Numbered from the whole stretch's first letter, positions 37,406 through 50,400 are shown. The stretch is 63,997 nt of DNA, filler included, from Perkinsus olseni (GCA_013115125.1; 10 parts of 10 records of this genome joined end to end with filler, not necessarily neighbours in it), one strand, 5' to 3'. Made by a program: numbers and translations. Notes: generated by a model not told the origin, from the letters alone.

Positions 37406-38540
37406 GTGAATGAGTCTAGTAAGTGTTGTTTTCATCTGTGGTCAAGGACCACCCCCTTCGTGAGAGACTTAAGGCTGATATGGGGGGATAAGCAACGATA
37501 GAGCCGAAGCAATTCGGGAGCGTGAGCGTGAAATTCTCGCTCAGAACATACCAATTACTATCAGATCGCGCTCATATCGTGATCCACTTTTGACAGATGA
37601 GTCATCTGTGGGTTATCAACTGATGTGGATCCCATGGATTTCGACTGGCATTGGTGTAATACTTTGGCGGCCAACGTTTGGTCTATGCCCGATGGCTGAC
37701 TAGGTGGGAAATAGCTCGTTTGTACTCATCAGTAACTGTGAAGGGATTCCAGTTGAATCACCCAACTCGCTGGAGTCGAATGACTTCATTTAACTCACGA
37801 CACAAGCCACTAGCAGTGACTTACAGCTAAGCACCAGTGCCACATAAGCGACGGATTGAGTGCACTGTAGTCAACCCAAAGCGAAAAGATCAAGACGGTG
37901 CCACTGCACAGAGTAGCGCATCATGCACTAGTAATTGGCTCAAGAACGATCGATATAGGACCATTCGCCATAGTGTAAGCGATTGTAGTTTGGCCTTCTG
38001 CCTTTGCGCAGTCGCTTTCTCAGAGGCGGCGTTCTGCTCTCAGCATCTGAAGTAACAACTATATTGTGCTGATAAATGGACGCTGTTTATCGCGTTTCCG
38101 CTCAGAGTGTTTCATATCTACTATTTTTCCAAATGTCAGATCGTTTCGTCGCCGCAATGCGTTGCCTGCGCACCTGGGCTCTTCCGAGTTGTTGGGCTGA
38201 TGCCGCTCTCTTCTTCGCCATCCGAATTCATACCCGTCGAAGAGGCTGATGATGGCGACAGGGATGGCTGCGAGTTAGCCTGAACGACCAGAGAGTCCGT
38301 CTATTTTGGTAACACGGTACTCACCGAGCTTGGTATTGCTGGTTGTGCAGCATGTGCCCTTCGTTCTGGAGCGTTCGCTGAGCCTACATTCCCAAGATGC
38401 GCATTGGAAGAAAAAGGCACTTGTTCACCTTCAGGTGATACATTCTCGCTTTGGAGTCCCGTAGCTGGAGTGAGGATATGTTTGGATCATCAGCGTCACT
38501 GGTAATCTACCAGTGGCAAACGCGAAGACTGATGTCGAAC

Positions 38541-38640
38541 NNNNNNNNNNNNNNNNNNNNNNNNNNNNNNNNNNNNNNNNNNNNTTAATTAATTAANNNN
38601 NNNNNNNNNNNNNNNNNNNNNNNNNNNNNNNNNNNNNNNN
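38541..38640. other. Artificial contig linker
   Basis: N44-TTAATTAATTAA-N44. Confidence 0.98.
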
Positions 38641-38712
38641 ACAGGCCATGGGGACAGATCGGCCACAATAATGTATTACAGTAGGCAATCATTGAAAAGG
38701 CGGTTCACTACA

Positions 38713-39344
38713 CACGTTTCAGGAGATATTGACAATCTGAGATCCCAGGACCCTTCGGCACTGGCTGTGCACGGCACGGGAAGCACGAGTCAAGGTAATC
38801 GAGGTCTTGCAATAGATTCGGTGGATCTGTTGATTGCAGATCCATACTCCAAGCCCACCGGCCGATGCTTCTACGGCGAGCTCGAGGGTTGCATTTGCCC
38901 GAAAGGGATTGAACCTGTCTACACGATGGTAGGAAACGCCCTTGCGCTATTCATTGATAGCGCCACCGTGACCTTTGCTCGAGTGCTTATTCTCATGGGT
39001 CTTATCTTCTTTCAGAAGAGGATCCGCGGATACGATCGAGTTGGCTCTATAGTTTGCACCCCTAGGTGCTCGGAGGATAAGGATTGTCCAGCACCCCAGC
39101 ACGGGTTCGGAGTGAAGGCTTTCTGTGCCTCTAACGGAAGATGCCTCTTATCATGCTCGAAGGTGAGGGAGAGGGATGACTTGCTTGTTGTGGGCTGCCG
39201 GCCTGGCCCTTCGTGTGTTGGCCGGGCGTAAGCTTCAGTTCTTCTCAGTTCTACACCTGGTGCCCCTCCTCGAGTAGATGTCGACCGGTGAACATCGGGG
39301 GGAGTTCAAGATACATCACTGATATATGTTTATACGATCAGTGA
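38713..39344 (+). CDS. Cys-rich secreted-type protein, paralogue A (signal peptide apparently truncated), 4 exons
   Basis: DPYSKPTGRCFYGELEGCICP|...VCTPRCSEDKDCPAP...FCASNGRCLLSCSK|FYTWCPSSSRC...ICLYDQ*. Same intron positions as paralogues B and C. Confidence 0.75.
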
Positions 39345-40184
39345 ACCTCACGCTGAATAAGCTGGAGGGAAACCGTGGTGATCGTACCTATTCTGGAGGC
39401 GGCCTGAGCTCGCCTTTTTTTAATAGCTCTTCCGCTTTCTGACGTCCCACGGAGAGTTTTGCATTCGCCAGATTATGGCTTCTCATCGCCCGGTAACAGT
39501 TGCCGCGTTGCTTGGAGTTGATAAATTGCGGATTTGTCCGGTCATAAGAACTTGTGGTGAACCTCGGAAAGATCTACTCAGGCTCCTGAGCTGCCTTCTG
39601 AACTCCCAGTACGCACGGCCTCAAAGGTACGCTGCGCAACAAATTCTTAGAAAATCGGGTTTTCTCAGCATGTTATCCTTCCAGAGTATGATCTCGCAAC
39701 GAGGCCCCAGTATCTGTGCTCACATGGCATACTGGATATACCCTCCAAGTTTCAGGGCGGAACTCTGTGTGGATAGCGAGAAATCGAAAATTTACTCGCT
39801 TAGCACGTAAGAAATTCTTAGAAAATCACGGCGCTAAGCCGTGATTGGCAGACTGCCAACAGTTGGAGTCTCGGACGGGCGGCTTTACAAGGTCGTGTTC
39901 ACGAACAGCTCTTTCCGATGATAAACCGCCGCATCAATGCGGTGGTAGCTTTCGCAGGTATTGGTGATGCCGGACAGCAGCCATGCCCGCTGGTAGACTC
40001 TCCGGACGAGGGTAGCGCGCGGTTGATTTAGTCATTCCAGATCGGGCCCCTCCTTAAAGCGCCCTCTGTGGATTCACATGGTATTTCACGCGCAGTTTCT
40101 GTTCCTGCAACGATTGTCAGGACGAGAGAAGCTGTGACGCAATCAACTTCTGGACGTGACATGCAGAGGCATCCTGTACCGAGC

Positions 40185-40199
40185 GGCGTCACGTGACGT
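40185..40199. promoter_or_regulatory. Palindromic E-box/CRE-like motif upstream of paralogue B
   Basis: GGCGTCACGTGACGT, identical to 41880..41894. Confidence 0.5.
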
Positions 40200-40305
40200 C
40201 CATGGCTCCTGGGAGCCTCGCCTTGAGAGCACGCCGGCTGACCGTGATTAACTCGGAGGATGTGTCCCCACGGCCGTCCGTCAGTTCTCTGTTCCACCCA
40301 GTAGA

Positions 40306-40981
40306 GTGCATTTAGCGTTCTTTACTGCCCTAATTCTGCATTGCGTGTTAGGGGAGCCGGACAACCTGGCATCCGACGGCAGCTTTGCGTCGGTCGCGAA
40401 TGGCGGAGGATCCACGATGAGTAAAGGTCTCGGAAAAGTCACTCAGTCGTCAGCATTTGTTGCTGCCAGATCCTAACAGCAAGCCTACCGGGCGATGCCT
40501 CATAGATAACGGCGAGCTCAAAGGGTGCACGTGTCCGAATGGAACTCATCTATTTCACACTGTGGTAAGAAAGACCTTTCTCATTTGCCACCTGCACTCA
40601 TTCAAGCTCAAATGCATGGACGAAGACTCTAAATTAGCGCCTGTCAGGAGGAGTGCCATGGTTATTATCGCTTTGGTTCTGCCATCTGCGCAACTCCATG
40701 CCTGAGAGACAGCGATTGTCCTGCTCCTCGGCACGGATTGAGAGTGAAGGCTTACTGCCACGCACCGGTGGCATACATCATACGGAATGGGGAGTTGAGG
40801 GGGAGATGCTTGTTATCATGCTCTAAGGTGAGGTGGGTGGATTTTCGCCTCATAAATTGGATGCTCGTCGAGAATCAGTGACGATCCTCTTCAGCTTTTC
40901 GCCTGGTGCCCCTCCTCGAGTAGATGCCAGCGGACGAGCATTGGTGAAGTATGTTTATACGGTCACGGTCTATTATCGTAA
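40306..40981 (+). CDS. Cys-rich secreted protein, paralogue B (GTG in place of ATG), 4 exons
   Basis: (V)HLAFFTALILHCVLG aligns with the signal peptide of paralogue C. DPNSKPTGRC...CTCP|ICATPCLRDSDCP...CLLSCSK|LFAWCPSSSRC...VCLY. Confidence 0.75.
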
Positions 40982-41879
40982 TGCTCATGATCATTCAGCA
41001 GTTTTATAGAGTTTTTACCACCAGTTCAAGAGGACCCGGAGTATATCTCTTCCAACGCCCAATAGACGCAATAGCCCAATTTTCTCCTCCTACAGTCGCT
41101 GACAATTGTTGAGTTAGTCACTTGGGAGGAGGCCGGAGCGCAGACCATCAACCATCCTTCTTCTGGCTGAGGACCAGTCTGGCACTGTCTGTCAGTGACT
41201 GCCAGTCCTCGAGCGCTTGAGCGGCATGAAGTGACATCACTCCGCAGGAAAGAATATGACGGCCAGTGTCAGCACGGAGAAGTCGTCGATGGCGATTTAT
41301 TTCGAAACCCACACTGTTTGGGCCAAAACACGATGAGTCGAATCGATTCAATCGTTGACCATGTCAGGAGTGGCGATACATGACAGCTTCTGCCGATCAC
41401 TTCCCCTTTCTGGCGTAAGGAGGGATCTTACTTTTCGTGAAAACGAACCCGTCGTGGCCTCTTTCGTGAACCGGAAGCCTTTCACCAGACGTTTCCAACA
41501 CCTGCCGCATGGCCTTCTCTATTTTTTACCCAACAACGAGGGCTTGGCAATGTTTTACTCCCTCCACAATCAGAGTCGCTCTTATAGCGGGTATTAAGAA
41601 GTGGACAGGGAGCTCAAGCCTTTTCCTAAAGCCTCAGTAGAGCTGTAGTTGCATGCCGTGAAGTTCGTCATTTCGGAGCTACCTAGTCGCGCACGGTTGA
41701 GTTTGATACTGTGAAGTTGGCTGACGAAAGCGTTCGCGTTGCCACTGACTCAGCGAGTACGGTCTGCGATGTGACTACGTATGAGCAGCTGTGGAGCTCA
41801 CAGCTATGAAGAAACCAACGTTAGGAACCACGCAGAAAATTGCTGCTAGCAATCCTGTGAGGATTATCCTTATCCACAC

Positions 41880-41894
41880 GGCGTCACGTGACGT
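41880..41894. promoter_or_regulatory. Palindromic E-box/CRE-like motif upstream of paralogue C
   Basis: GGCGTCACGTGACGT, identical to 40185..40199. Confidence 0.5.
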
Positions 41895-42035
41895 TCCTCG
41901 CCCCCTGAGGCGCGTCACCCCGTCTTCAGACTTTCATCTCACATCAGGAAAACGTCGGAGGAAATCTTCGTGGTGGGTGAGGGTCTCTCAACGACCTTCG
42001 TCTGGGTACAGTTCAGTTCACGGAAACTCCTCCGA

Positions 42036-42710
42036 ATGCGTCTAGCTCTCTTCGTGGCCGTGCTCCTCCATGCCTCGCTGGGGAAAGATCTGCCATCTAA
42101 AAAACCAAGCTTCCCGGCCGCCGGCGGCACACCACCAATCACGAGTAGAATCATCTGAGAGTCTCACGTCCATTTTCGATGGGACTGTTCATGCCAGGTC
42201 TCTACAGTCAGCCCATCGGACGATGTTACAGTTCTCGGGGCGAGCTCAAGGACTGCACCTGCTCAAATGGAACCGTACCGTTCTTCACTGAGGTAGGTAA
42301 AGCTACTTTCTTCGTGCTGACGCCGTTGTTCAAATTCGAGAGCTTCTTGTTTCTTAGAAAAAGGTCTTCGGGCAGCGTCGGGTATACGGGAGAATTTGCA
42401 CCACAGAGTGTTCGAAGAGCAGCGATTGCCCTGCCTTCAAGCATGGATTTGGACTGAGGCCTTACTGCGGTTCTCAAGGAAAATGTCTGCTTTCATGTGA
42501 CAGGGTGAGCCGCAGGATGTTGTGCAATCCATGCCTCGCTGGCTTCTCTGTGGTATGCTGTGGGCGGGTAGACATGTCTGAGAAAACGATTATACGCAGC
42601 GGGCCATACACTGCCATCGTGTATTCTTTCAGTTATACGCCTGGTGTCCGTCCTCGACAAGATGCCTTCATACTCCGGACATAGGACGGGTATGCCTGTA
42701 TAAGCCGTAA
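42036..42710 (+). CDS. Cys-rich secreted protein, paralogue C (intact), 4 exons
   Basis: Signal peptide MRLALFVAVLLHASLG, then 12 Cys: RCYS..DCTC|ICTTECSKSSDC..YC..KCLLSC|LYAWCPSSTRC..VCLYKP*. Confidence 0.82.
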
Positions 42711-43723
42711 ATTCCATATTGGACATGGCTGGAGGCAATGGGAGTGGTAAACGTAGACCCGGCTACGACTCATGCCTCTCCACCCTTCCCAGTGTTGAAA
42801 GAAGATTTTTGCATTAGCCCAAGTACGGCATCGTTTTCGCCCATCAAGCGTGATCGTACAGTATTTTCCTTTCGCAGTCGATGAGAGGCGTGGAGTTGTA
42901 CAGTGGTGGCCAGATCAAGCGACACCTGCCGAAGTGGTAAGTAACTTAACACGTAGAACCTGGCACCGAGCACAGATCCCATGCTCAGCACCGCACTACT
43001 CAGCCGTCATGGTGAGCTTGTCTTGATGTATCGGCCATAGAGTCTATGGCATAGACGCGTCCAAAGGTTCCCTGTATTGAGCACCTTTACTCTTACCCAT
43101 GCCGCATGGCAACGAAGGCTATTAATTCACTGTCCTGTCACAGCCATGCTTCCCTTCAATGAGGGCTCTGCACCTTCATCTATCCACCCGGATTTGGCAA
43201 CTATCACCGCCATTTTTGTTAGAAGAACTGTGGCTTGCTGACTCATGTTGAAATCTTCGCTCTAGCGACTTGAAGCCAGCAGCGCCCGCTGTCCCCGAGC
43301 ATCTCATGTCGCGGTACTGACTTGGATATCACTTAGGGGAAACTCAACAAGCGGATGTCTTGTGCCAGAATAAGCCAATACCACTTCCCCGGGACAGAAG
43401 TAGTGTAACAAATGCACTTCACTCTTCTCTCTACTTCACAGCACGGCCTGAGCATCTCGCTTGCCCAGATGATCGGTATTGGGCTCATCAGCTATATAAG
43501 GACTGCGAGGGTTTGACCTCTCTCGGGACTCGACAAAACCCTTGGGGAATGCTCGGGACATACTCAGGACCAACCAACCGAGTATAGGAGCATCGGTAGT
43601 AGGCAATCTGCACCCACAACATTCAATTACTGTGCGGAGGGGACAGCTCCTCATCTCGCACAACCGTCCTCTCGCCATCTCCCAAGGCACTCATACTCAT
43701 CCACCTAGACGACTGAGAGCGGA

Positions 43724-44179
43724 ATGATCAACACAGCTCTGTTCGTGCTGGTTCAAGTGCTGGCCTGTGGTCTACTCATGCTCCAAGCAGACGCTAGTGT
43801 CCTGCCTATAGGCAGGTACGAAGGCTGGGATGACGATAACCGCTTCTTCTGCAAAATGGACATTAAAAAATCGACAGAGATGGAAATAGTGGCCGATGTT
43901 GATATACGCTACGGCTGGACTGGGGGGAAATGCGTTAATTGCTACTTCGAGTATGGCGTCTGGACAGAGGCTGGCAGTCGTGATAAGACGCATGTTGCTG
44001 CTCTGGTAGGCTTCGATGAGGTCGCACAACCATACGATAGTCCGACCGATGACTGCCTGGCTAAACTCGGCAAAGTGGCCGGGGTTGGCTATCATTGTTC
44101 CTGGAATGCGTATCCAAAGAATGGTCGTATGATATTCAAGCTTTGTAAAGCTCACTTCGAGCTAACGAAGGTGTCTTGA
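43724..44179 (+). CDS. Small intronless secreted protein (151 aa)
   Basis: Signal peptide followed by a PIGRY motif, beta-rich with 6 Cys in the mature part. No family named. Confidence 0.75.
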   Translation: MINTALFVLVQVLACGLLMLQADASVLPIGRYEGWDDDNRFFCKMDIKKSTEMEIVADVDIRYGWTGGKCVNCYFEYGVWTEAGSRDKTHVAALVGFDEVAQPYDSPTDDCLAKLGKVAGVGYHCSWNAYPKNGRMIFKLCKAHFELTKVS

Positions 44180-44432
44180 GCTTTCGTTATTCGCTGTCAG
44201 TGGCTCATCCACTGCGGATGATGACCAACACGGTGTTGGTAACACTATTGCACTATAGTATTGTCAAACTTCTTGAACCTTCCATAAACTGCACGCGTTC
44301 CCATAGGTTGGGACGCGTAACGCGTTGCTTTTATTTAACCAAGCAAGAGAGTATAGTCAATTTTCCAAACAATTGTGAATCCTGAAGGTGTCGAAGCTCT
44401 CAGTGAGCACTCCTCGCCTTCGTTCTTGTTGC

Positions 44433-44855
44433 CAGTGGTTCATACAGAATTTTCGAGACTGGGGTAGACTTGAGCGCTCTGGGGGTGGTTGGGGGTGTAC
44501 CGTGTAACGCTCGCGGGGCGAGCGAACATTTTGCGGGACCCAGCAGTGCTGGGTAGTACGTAAGTAGTGCCTTATAGTAGAGATGATATGCCGAAGGCGC
44601 GTTCGCGCTATCGGTGCCAGAGTTCCTTCCAGTTTATTCAATAAACTTCACATCCGGTGCCCGATTATAATGTCGAAGATCACCGACTTCTTTCCCCAAA
44701 AGTGCAGGAATCCCACTTCTGAGTTCTCGGACACGACAGCGATACCTTTGCCTGACCGTGCCGAGGATGCATCGCAGCCTGCCGCGGGAATCCAAGAGCC
44801 CCCGCAGAAGAGAGCGAAGTACTTGAGCAGTTTCGAGCGCTTCCCGTGGTTGGAG
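44433..44855 (+). mobile_element. hAT-type DNA transposon 5' end with start of transposase (ATG 44670)
   Basis: Candidate terminus CAGTGGTTC. MSKITDFF...KRAKYLSSFERFPWLE resembles the start of the TTF-type zinc finger of hAT transposases. Confidence 0.6.
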
Positions 44856-44928
44856 TAGGGTTTTCCGCGCGCTTCTGCAACTGCAAATTCGCAACTGCAA
44901 ATTCATGAAGTTGCTGAAGTTGCGCCGA
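44856..44928 (+). mobile_element. Second transposon terminus (TAGGG) nested in the transposase
   Basis: TAGGGTTTTCC supplies the premature stop and is followed by GCAACTGCAAATTC x2 and inverted GAAGTTGC x2. The contig ends here. Confidence 0.55.
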
Positions 44929-45028
44929 NNNNNNNNNNNNNNNNNNNNNNNNNNNNNNNNNNNNNNNNNNNNTTAATTAATTAANNNNNNNNNNNNNNNN
45001 NNNNNNNNNNNNNNNNNNNNNNNNNNNN
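44929..45028. other. Artificial contig linker
   Basis: N44-TTAATTAATTAA-N44. Confidence 0.98.

Positions 45029-45100
<72 letters not shown>
45029..45100. repeat. (TAG)n microsatellite
   Basis: Perfect run at the contig start. Confidence 0.95.
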
Positions 45101-46411
45101 ATAATGATTATTATTAACAGCACCCTTGATCTGGTATTAATAGGAACATTCCTATGCTAGTGGTATTATTATCATCATGATATTGACCATTGATAACCGA
45201 TGTCGTTCCTATGGCTGGTGGCCTCATCATCTTATTGCGCATTAAAAGTAGATCAGTGTTAGATGCTCCCTTGTCTAACATCATGGTCGTCTTGTTGTTA
45301 TCATCATCCACCTATGTATGAAGATACACAATGTCATCATAATCACCATCCATTACGGCCAATTCCTTTTCAGCTTTCCTACCTTCATATATCGTTGAAG
45401 ATGTCCACCTACTTTTACGTTGATACTGTTGTTTCATCGCTTCGTTGGTATTAACCTTGTAAAAAGACACCATCATCATCATGATGCTGCTCATATGCGT
45501 CTTCATGCGGCAGCTGCTACTACTTTGAATAGAAGTCCTTGTCCCTGTTGTTGTGGTATGGGGCATAGTCCAATATTACGGCTATATTCTCATTATTACT
45601 CTGGCATATTCATTACTATTCCTGATTGGACTACTCAGAAACCTCGTTGATCTAGGGGTGCTGTTGCTGCTATCAGTGGCTGAGAACAGATGGAGGAGGG
45701 TATTAATGGTAGAATGATTGAGAGAAGATTTACCTCTATTACTATCCTGTGGTATACCCATAGTATCGAGCAAAGATGATAGACCTTGTGTGCTACTACC
45801 AATACTGGTACTATTGAATAACGTGGATGCAAGACTTCTCTTCGACGACAACCCGCTTGGTGCCAGCACCGTCCAATTATTCCCTGATAATGACAATAGG
45901 GTTATGATAGTGATATGCCGTGTTCCATCATCCTCCTACTATTATTAATGCTAGATGTACCCCTCCTCCGCCCTGCTGGTCTTATACTACCAGAAGTAAT
46001 GTCATCAGCTGTTGCAACCTGCGATGCTATGATCAATCATTCTATCGACCTTAGTAATAATACAACTACATCATCTATATCGTACGCCATATTTATTGTG
46101 TCTGTATCCAATTTCACGGTCTTCTTTTTTTTTGTCGTCGTATTTCCCTCTTTCCTGCTCAACAACAGCAGCAGCGGTAGTATAGTAATCATCATCTGTA
46201 ACTTGTTCATATACCCTTGTTCTCCTTCGTCCTCCCGTTTTACTTCATCTTTCACTATTCTACGAATATCTTCTCGCAATAATGATAACTTATCATCAAT
46301 GTAACTATTCATCNNNNNNNNNNNNNNNNNNNNNNNNNNNNNNNNNNNNNNNNNNNNNNNNNNNNNNNNNNNNNNNNNNNNNNNNNNNNNNNNNNNNNNN
46401 NNNNNNNNNNN

Positions 46412-46540
46412 TCATCATTCTACCGCTGTGTATGATGATGATCATCATTCTACCGCTGTGTATGATGATGATCATCATTCTACCGCTGTGTATGATGATG
46501 ATCATCATTCTACCGCTGTGTATGATGATGATCATCATCA
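46412..46540. repeat. 30-bp minisatellite next to a scaffold gap
   Basis: tcatcattctaccgctgtgtatgatgatga x4. Confidence 0.95.
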
Positions 46541-47400
46541 TTATTACGTCCTTATACAAGTGAACTCATTATTGAGGGCCTGTGCTATCCCTATATTATA
46601 TGTCATTAATTGTTCCATCATACCATCTAAACGTGAATGTACCTGTAATAATATTACAATACCCGTCTTATATGATACCAAGTGATACCCTCATAAACTC
46701 TTCACTTGTACTATGTGCATCATCATATACGAAGATTGATGATGTACGAGTAGTAGCAGATTTAAAGCCGTAGTGAGACATCTACACTACACAACAAAAC
46801 CCAGCCAGGAAAGCTCAATTATCCTGCGTGGGGCTCTGACTGAAAGTATCGGTAAGTGTCTGAATCGTCAGTAAGATTGCACAAAAACGGCGCAGACTAA
46901 CGGTTTCGTCCAAGGCAGTTGAAGCGTTCGTCGAGGTGACATAGTCGAGTTTCGATAGGCTTTCGTCTATCATAACGTAGGAGGAAGCGGCGGTGGCAAG
47001 TTAGTGACTTTAACTTCAATTTTCGAAGTGGATATCACAGTAAGATTCCTACTAAGGGAGTGTTTACTCTTGACCCCAAGTCAAATTGAAGCCCGAGTAG
47101 CGCCCGAAACTACAAGTCGAACTTCAATGCCGACCAAGGTCAAGTTGTTATCCAAGGCCAAGCCCTCATTCAAGAGCAAGCTGCGCCACAGCAGCTCTCG
47201 CGGTTTACCTAATCGTCGTGCGGTCTGACTGACGATTCAGATATTTACTGACAGTTTCAAATGATTCCCCTGCGTGGTTGCGCGTTCCACGGAGATCGAT
47301 CACACGGGCGCGCGCTATAAGCCGCGGCGTAAGATGATTATGATGAGTCAAGTCCTAATCAGTATGTTGTTGTAGTTGTTGTAGTTGTTCTATCGTTGTC

Positions 47401-50400
47401 ATGAGTAGTCGTCGTGGTGGTATTAATGGTAGGCCCATCCGATGGGTTGTGAGATCATTACCGCTATTTATGGTACCTGTACTTAGTCTACTATTACAAT
47501 GGCCACTGGTGACTACTATATTATCTTTAATTACTAGCTGTAATTTGAATTATTGTAACAGTAATGCTATCATTGTTGTATTATTTCAGTGATACTAGTA
47601 TTGTTATACCTGCAACGAGGCTTGATAAGTCTGAGGGCACCATGGACTTGGCGTATATTCATAGTATGGATAATACAGCTATCATTAGTAAAGGTGGTAG
47701 TAGTACCCGCTAGGTCCATCATCCATAATAATCAACTACCATTCAGACAGTCGAGTTACTAGTGTATCATACTATACCGAATGAGGCTTTGGGCGGGCCG
47801 ATTGGTGAGGGGCCTGAGCTCGATCATCAGCAACGTGTGAAAGCAGAAGACGAGCTTATCAATAACGGATTCCTAGCAGCCCCACCCAAGTACGGACTAT
47901 TATTCATGCACACTTACATCAGTATGTTATTATCAGGAACATTGGTATTAACGATGCTGCTGGTGATGCATCGGCGGCGGCCGGTGGTGGGGACACGTTA
48001 ACATACAGTATTGTATTACCCTGCGCAAATGAGGGAGAGTAATGATGATCATTGAGGAGTGTTGTGATGATGATATTGATGGTTATCAGGTTTATGGTTA
48101 AGACAGCTAGATCGGTATATGAATCTACTCCTAACCTACATGAAATAATAGTAGTTGATGATGGTAGCTCACCTCCGCTGAGAACATTGGTCACAGGTAA
48201 TAACAGGAATTATCATCATCGTCATCATCATTATCATTACTACGATCAGATGATGAAGTTGAATTATGGAAGCTCAAGTTCATCAGACATGAGCACTTCA
48301 CGGGTAGTAATGGACAATATCCATCCCCGAAGTTGTTGATGCTGTTGCAGGATTGATAAATGCTAAAAGTGTTGGAGGATGGCAAGCTACAGGTGATATT
48401 ATAACTTTCCTAGATTGTCATGTTAAACCGGATATCCATTGGTAATAATAACAAGAACAACAACAATAATAGTGCTCGTGAATTAGTAGTGCTACCCATT
48501 ATCCTCATCAGGACCGAACCAATAAGTAAATATATATCTGAGAATCCGAAGACAGTAGTAGTACCAACCGTGACAAGCCTAGATCCCAATACATGGGAGG
48601 AGACGAGAAGTGTTGCTGGTAGTAGTAGTGATAGTATGGCGGATAGGAGTATCATCATGATCATCAGGTACAACAAGATGTTGTAAGTTAACTTGGAATG
48701 TTGACTTTCCTTGGTATAATGCAGAAGATACTAGAGTGCCCATAATGATTGGTGGCTTACTAGCGATGCATCGTAACATGTAATAACCATCATGAATACT
48801 CAATGGTGATTACTGTTTAAAGGCAGGTGGGAGTATACTGGTGGTTATGATAGTGGTATGGTGGGTTGGGGTGGTGAGAACATCGATCAAAGTCTACGTA
48901 TACATCTATGTGGAGGTGAAATCATGCAGTAATAATAGTGTTAATTAATACTACTACTACCGCTACCACCACCACCACTGTAGTATTGCTGTTTATTAGT
49001 GCCTTAGACAGCTATGTGGCACATATGTGGAGGTTGGAAGGGGATGAGAAGACAAAGGCTAAGTATACCCTACCTAGTGGTAGTCTCATGCGTAACAGGT
49101 AGTAGCAGCAGCACACAGAGGTTAGTCATTATCCGACCCCCACCACCTGCTGCTGGTGTGATTAGGTATCGTGCCGCCTTAAGTTGGTTTGATGAGTTTG
49201 TTGCCAAGGCAGAGGAACAGTCTGAGTAAGTGTATAGCAGCATGATAATCGTCTACATGATGGTACTGACATCAGATTCTTATACTGGGGTAATGGTGGT
49301 GATAAACCAGATGTTTCCAATGTATTAGAAATTAAAAAGAAGAATCATTGCAGGCATTTCTCTTATTTCCTCAAAAAGTAATACCACTCCTCCCCTTCCT
49401 CCTCTTCGTAGCATGATGTGTGATGTATGTGCAGGTTCAAGTTCCTTTATGAAGATGCTGGTATGTTGCCCGATAAGGTATTCCATCTAAGAGCACGCTA
49501 TGATGATGGTACACAGAGATGTCTCGAGCTACGGGATAAACACAGGCTAGTAATAACAACAACAACAACGATAGTCTCTGTTGCTGTTGTTGCTGCTGTT
49601 GTTGTTATCATGATTATTATTCTCATCTATTATCGCTACAGGTGATGAATAAATGTAGTAGTAATAACAGGCTGCAGTTATGGCATGGATCCAATTATGA
49701 TGCACCACATAGTTTTAAATGCTGCCAAGGTACTACTAGTAGTAGAAGTAGTAGCAGTTGATGATAATGATGATAATGATGATCAGGTTATCGTAGTTGG
49801 AATAGTGGTATATGTTTAGCAGTAACAGGGGCTAGGTTGTCTCCAACAACATGTGTCGATGATGGTAGTAGTAGTATGAGTAATATCATATAGTTTACCA
49901 TAGCATTACACAGGTACATCACCAATACAAACTCTACATATCAATGATGATGGCGTGATGCTCACTGCTATAACGGATGGGGACTCCTCAGTCATGCTGA
50001 GAGGGGGTCAAGGAGGGAATAATAACAACAACAATCTCAAATGTGTTGGTAATCATCACACTGATAGTCAGTAGGTAGTACACAAGAGTACTCATCACTA
50101 TGTTAGTTCCACCACCACCTGTTACTGATGATAATGGTGAGTATGATGATGAGGTGGAGAAAGTATCCCTGAATGGGTGTATGGTCAATACACCATCCGA
50201 AGGTGATATCATAATTATACTATTGTCCTTGCATAGTATCATCTGCGTAGTTACTAAGAGTAGTCAGAGATTCACAATGATACCGATCACGGATGACGCA
50301 GCCTCTTCTGATGATCATGGTGGTAATGGTAGCGTAATGCTATTGCAGACCGACAGCCCAAAGCAAGGACAGCAGAAGACAGGCTCATTATCGTGCTTGA

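Noticed and set aside
37925..37944. TTGGCTCAAG as a Perkinsus/dinoflagellate spliced-leader relic
   Set aside because: Only the last 10 nt match, there is no gene or SL intron GT after it, and a 10-mer match is plausible by chance in 64 kb.
45114..46312. Minus-strand multi-exon gene fragment with a coiled-coil piece
   Set aside because: Probably coding, but it is bounded by a gap and a microsatellite, and I could not fix the frame or product.
46412..46540. 30-bp repeats as a CRISPR array
   Set aside because: Head-to-tail copies with no spacers, no cas genes, and a eukaryotic context.
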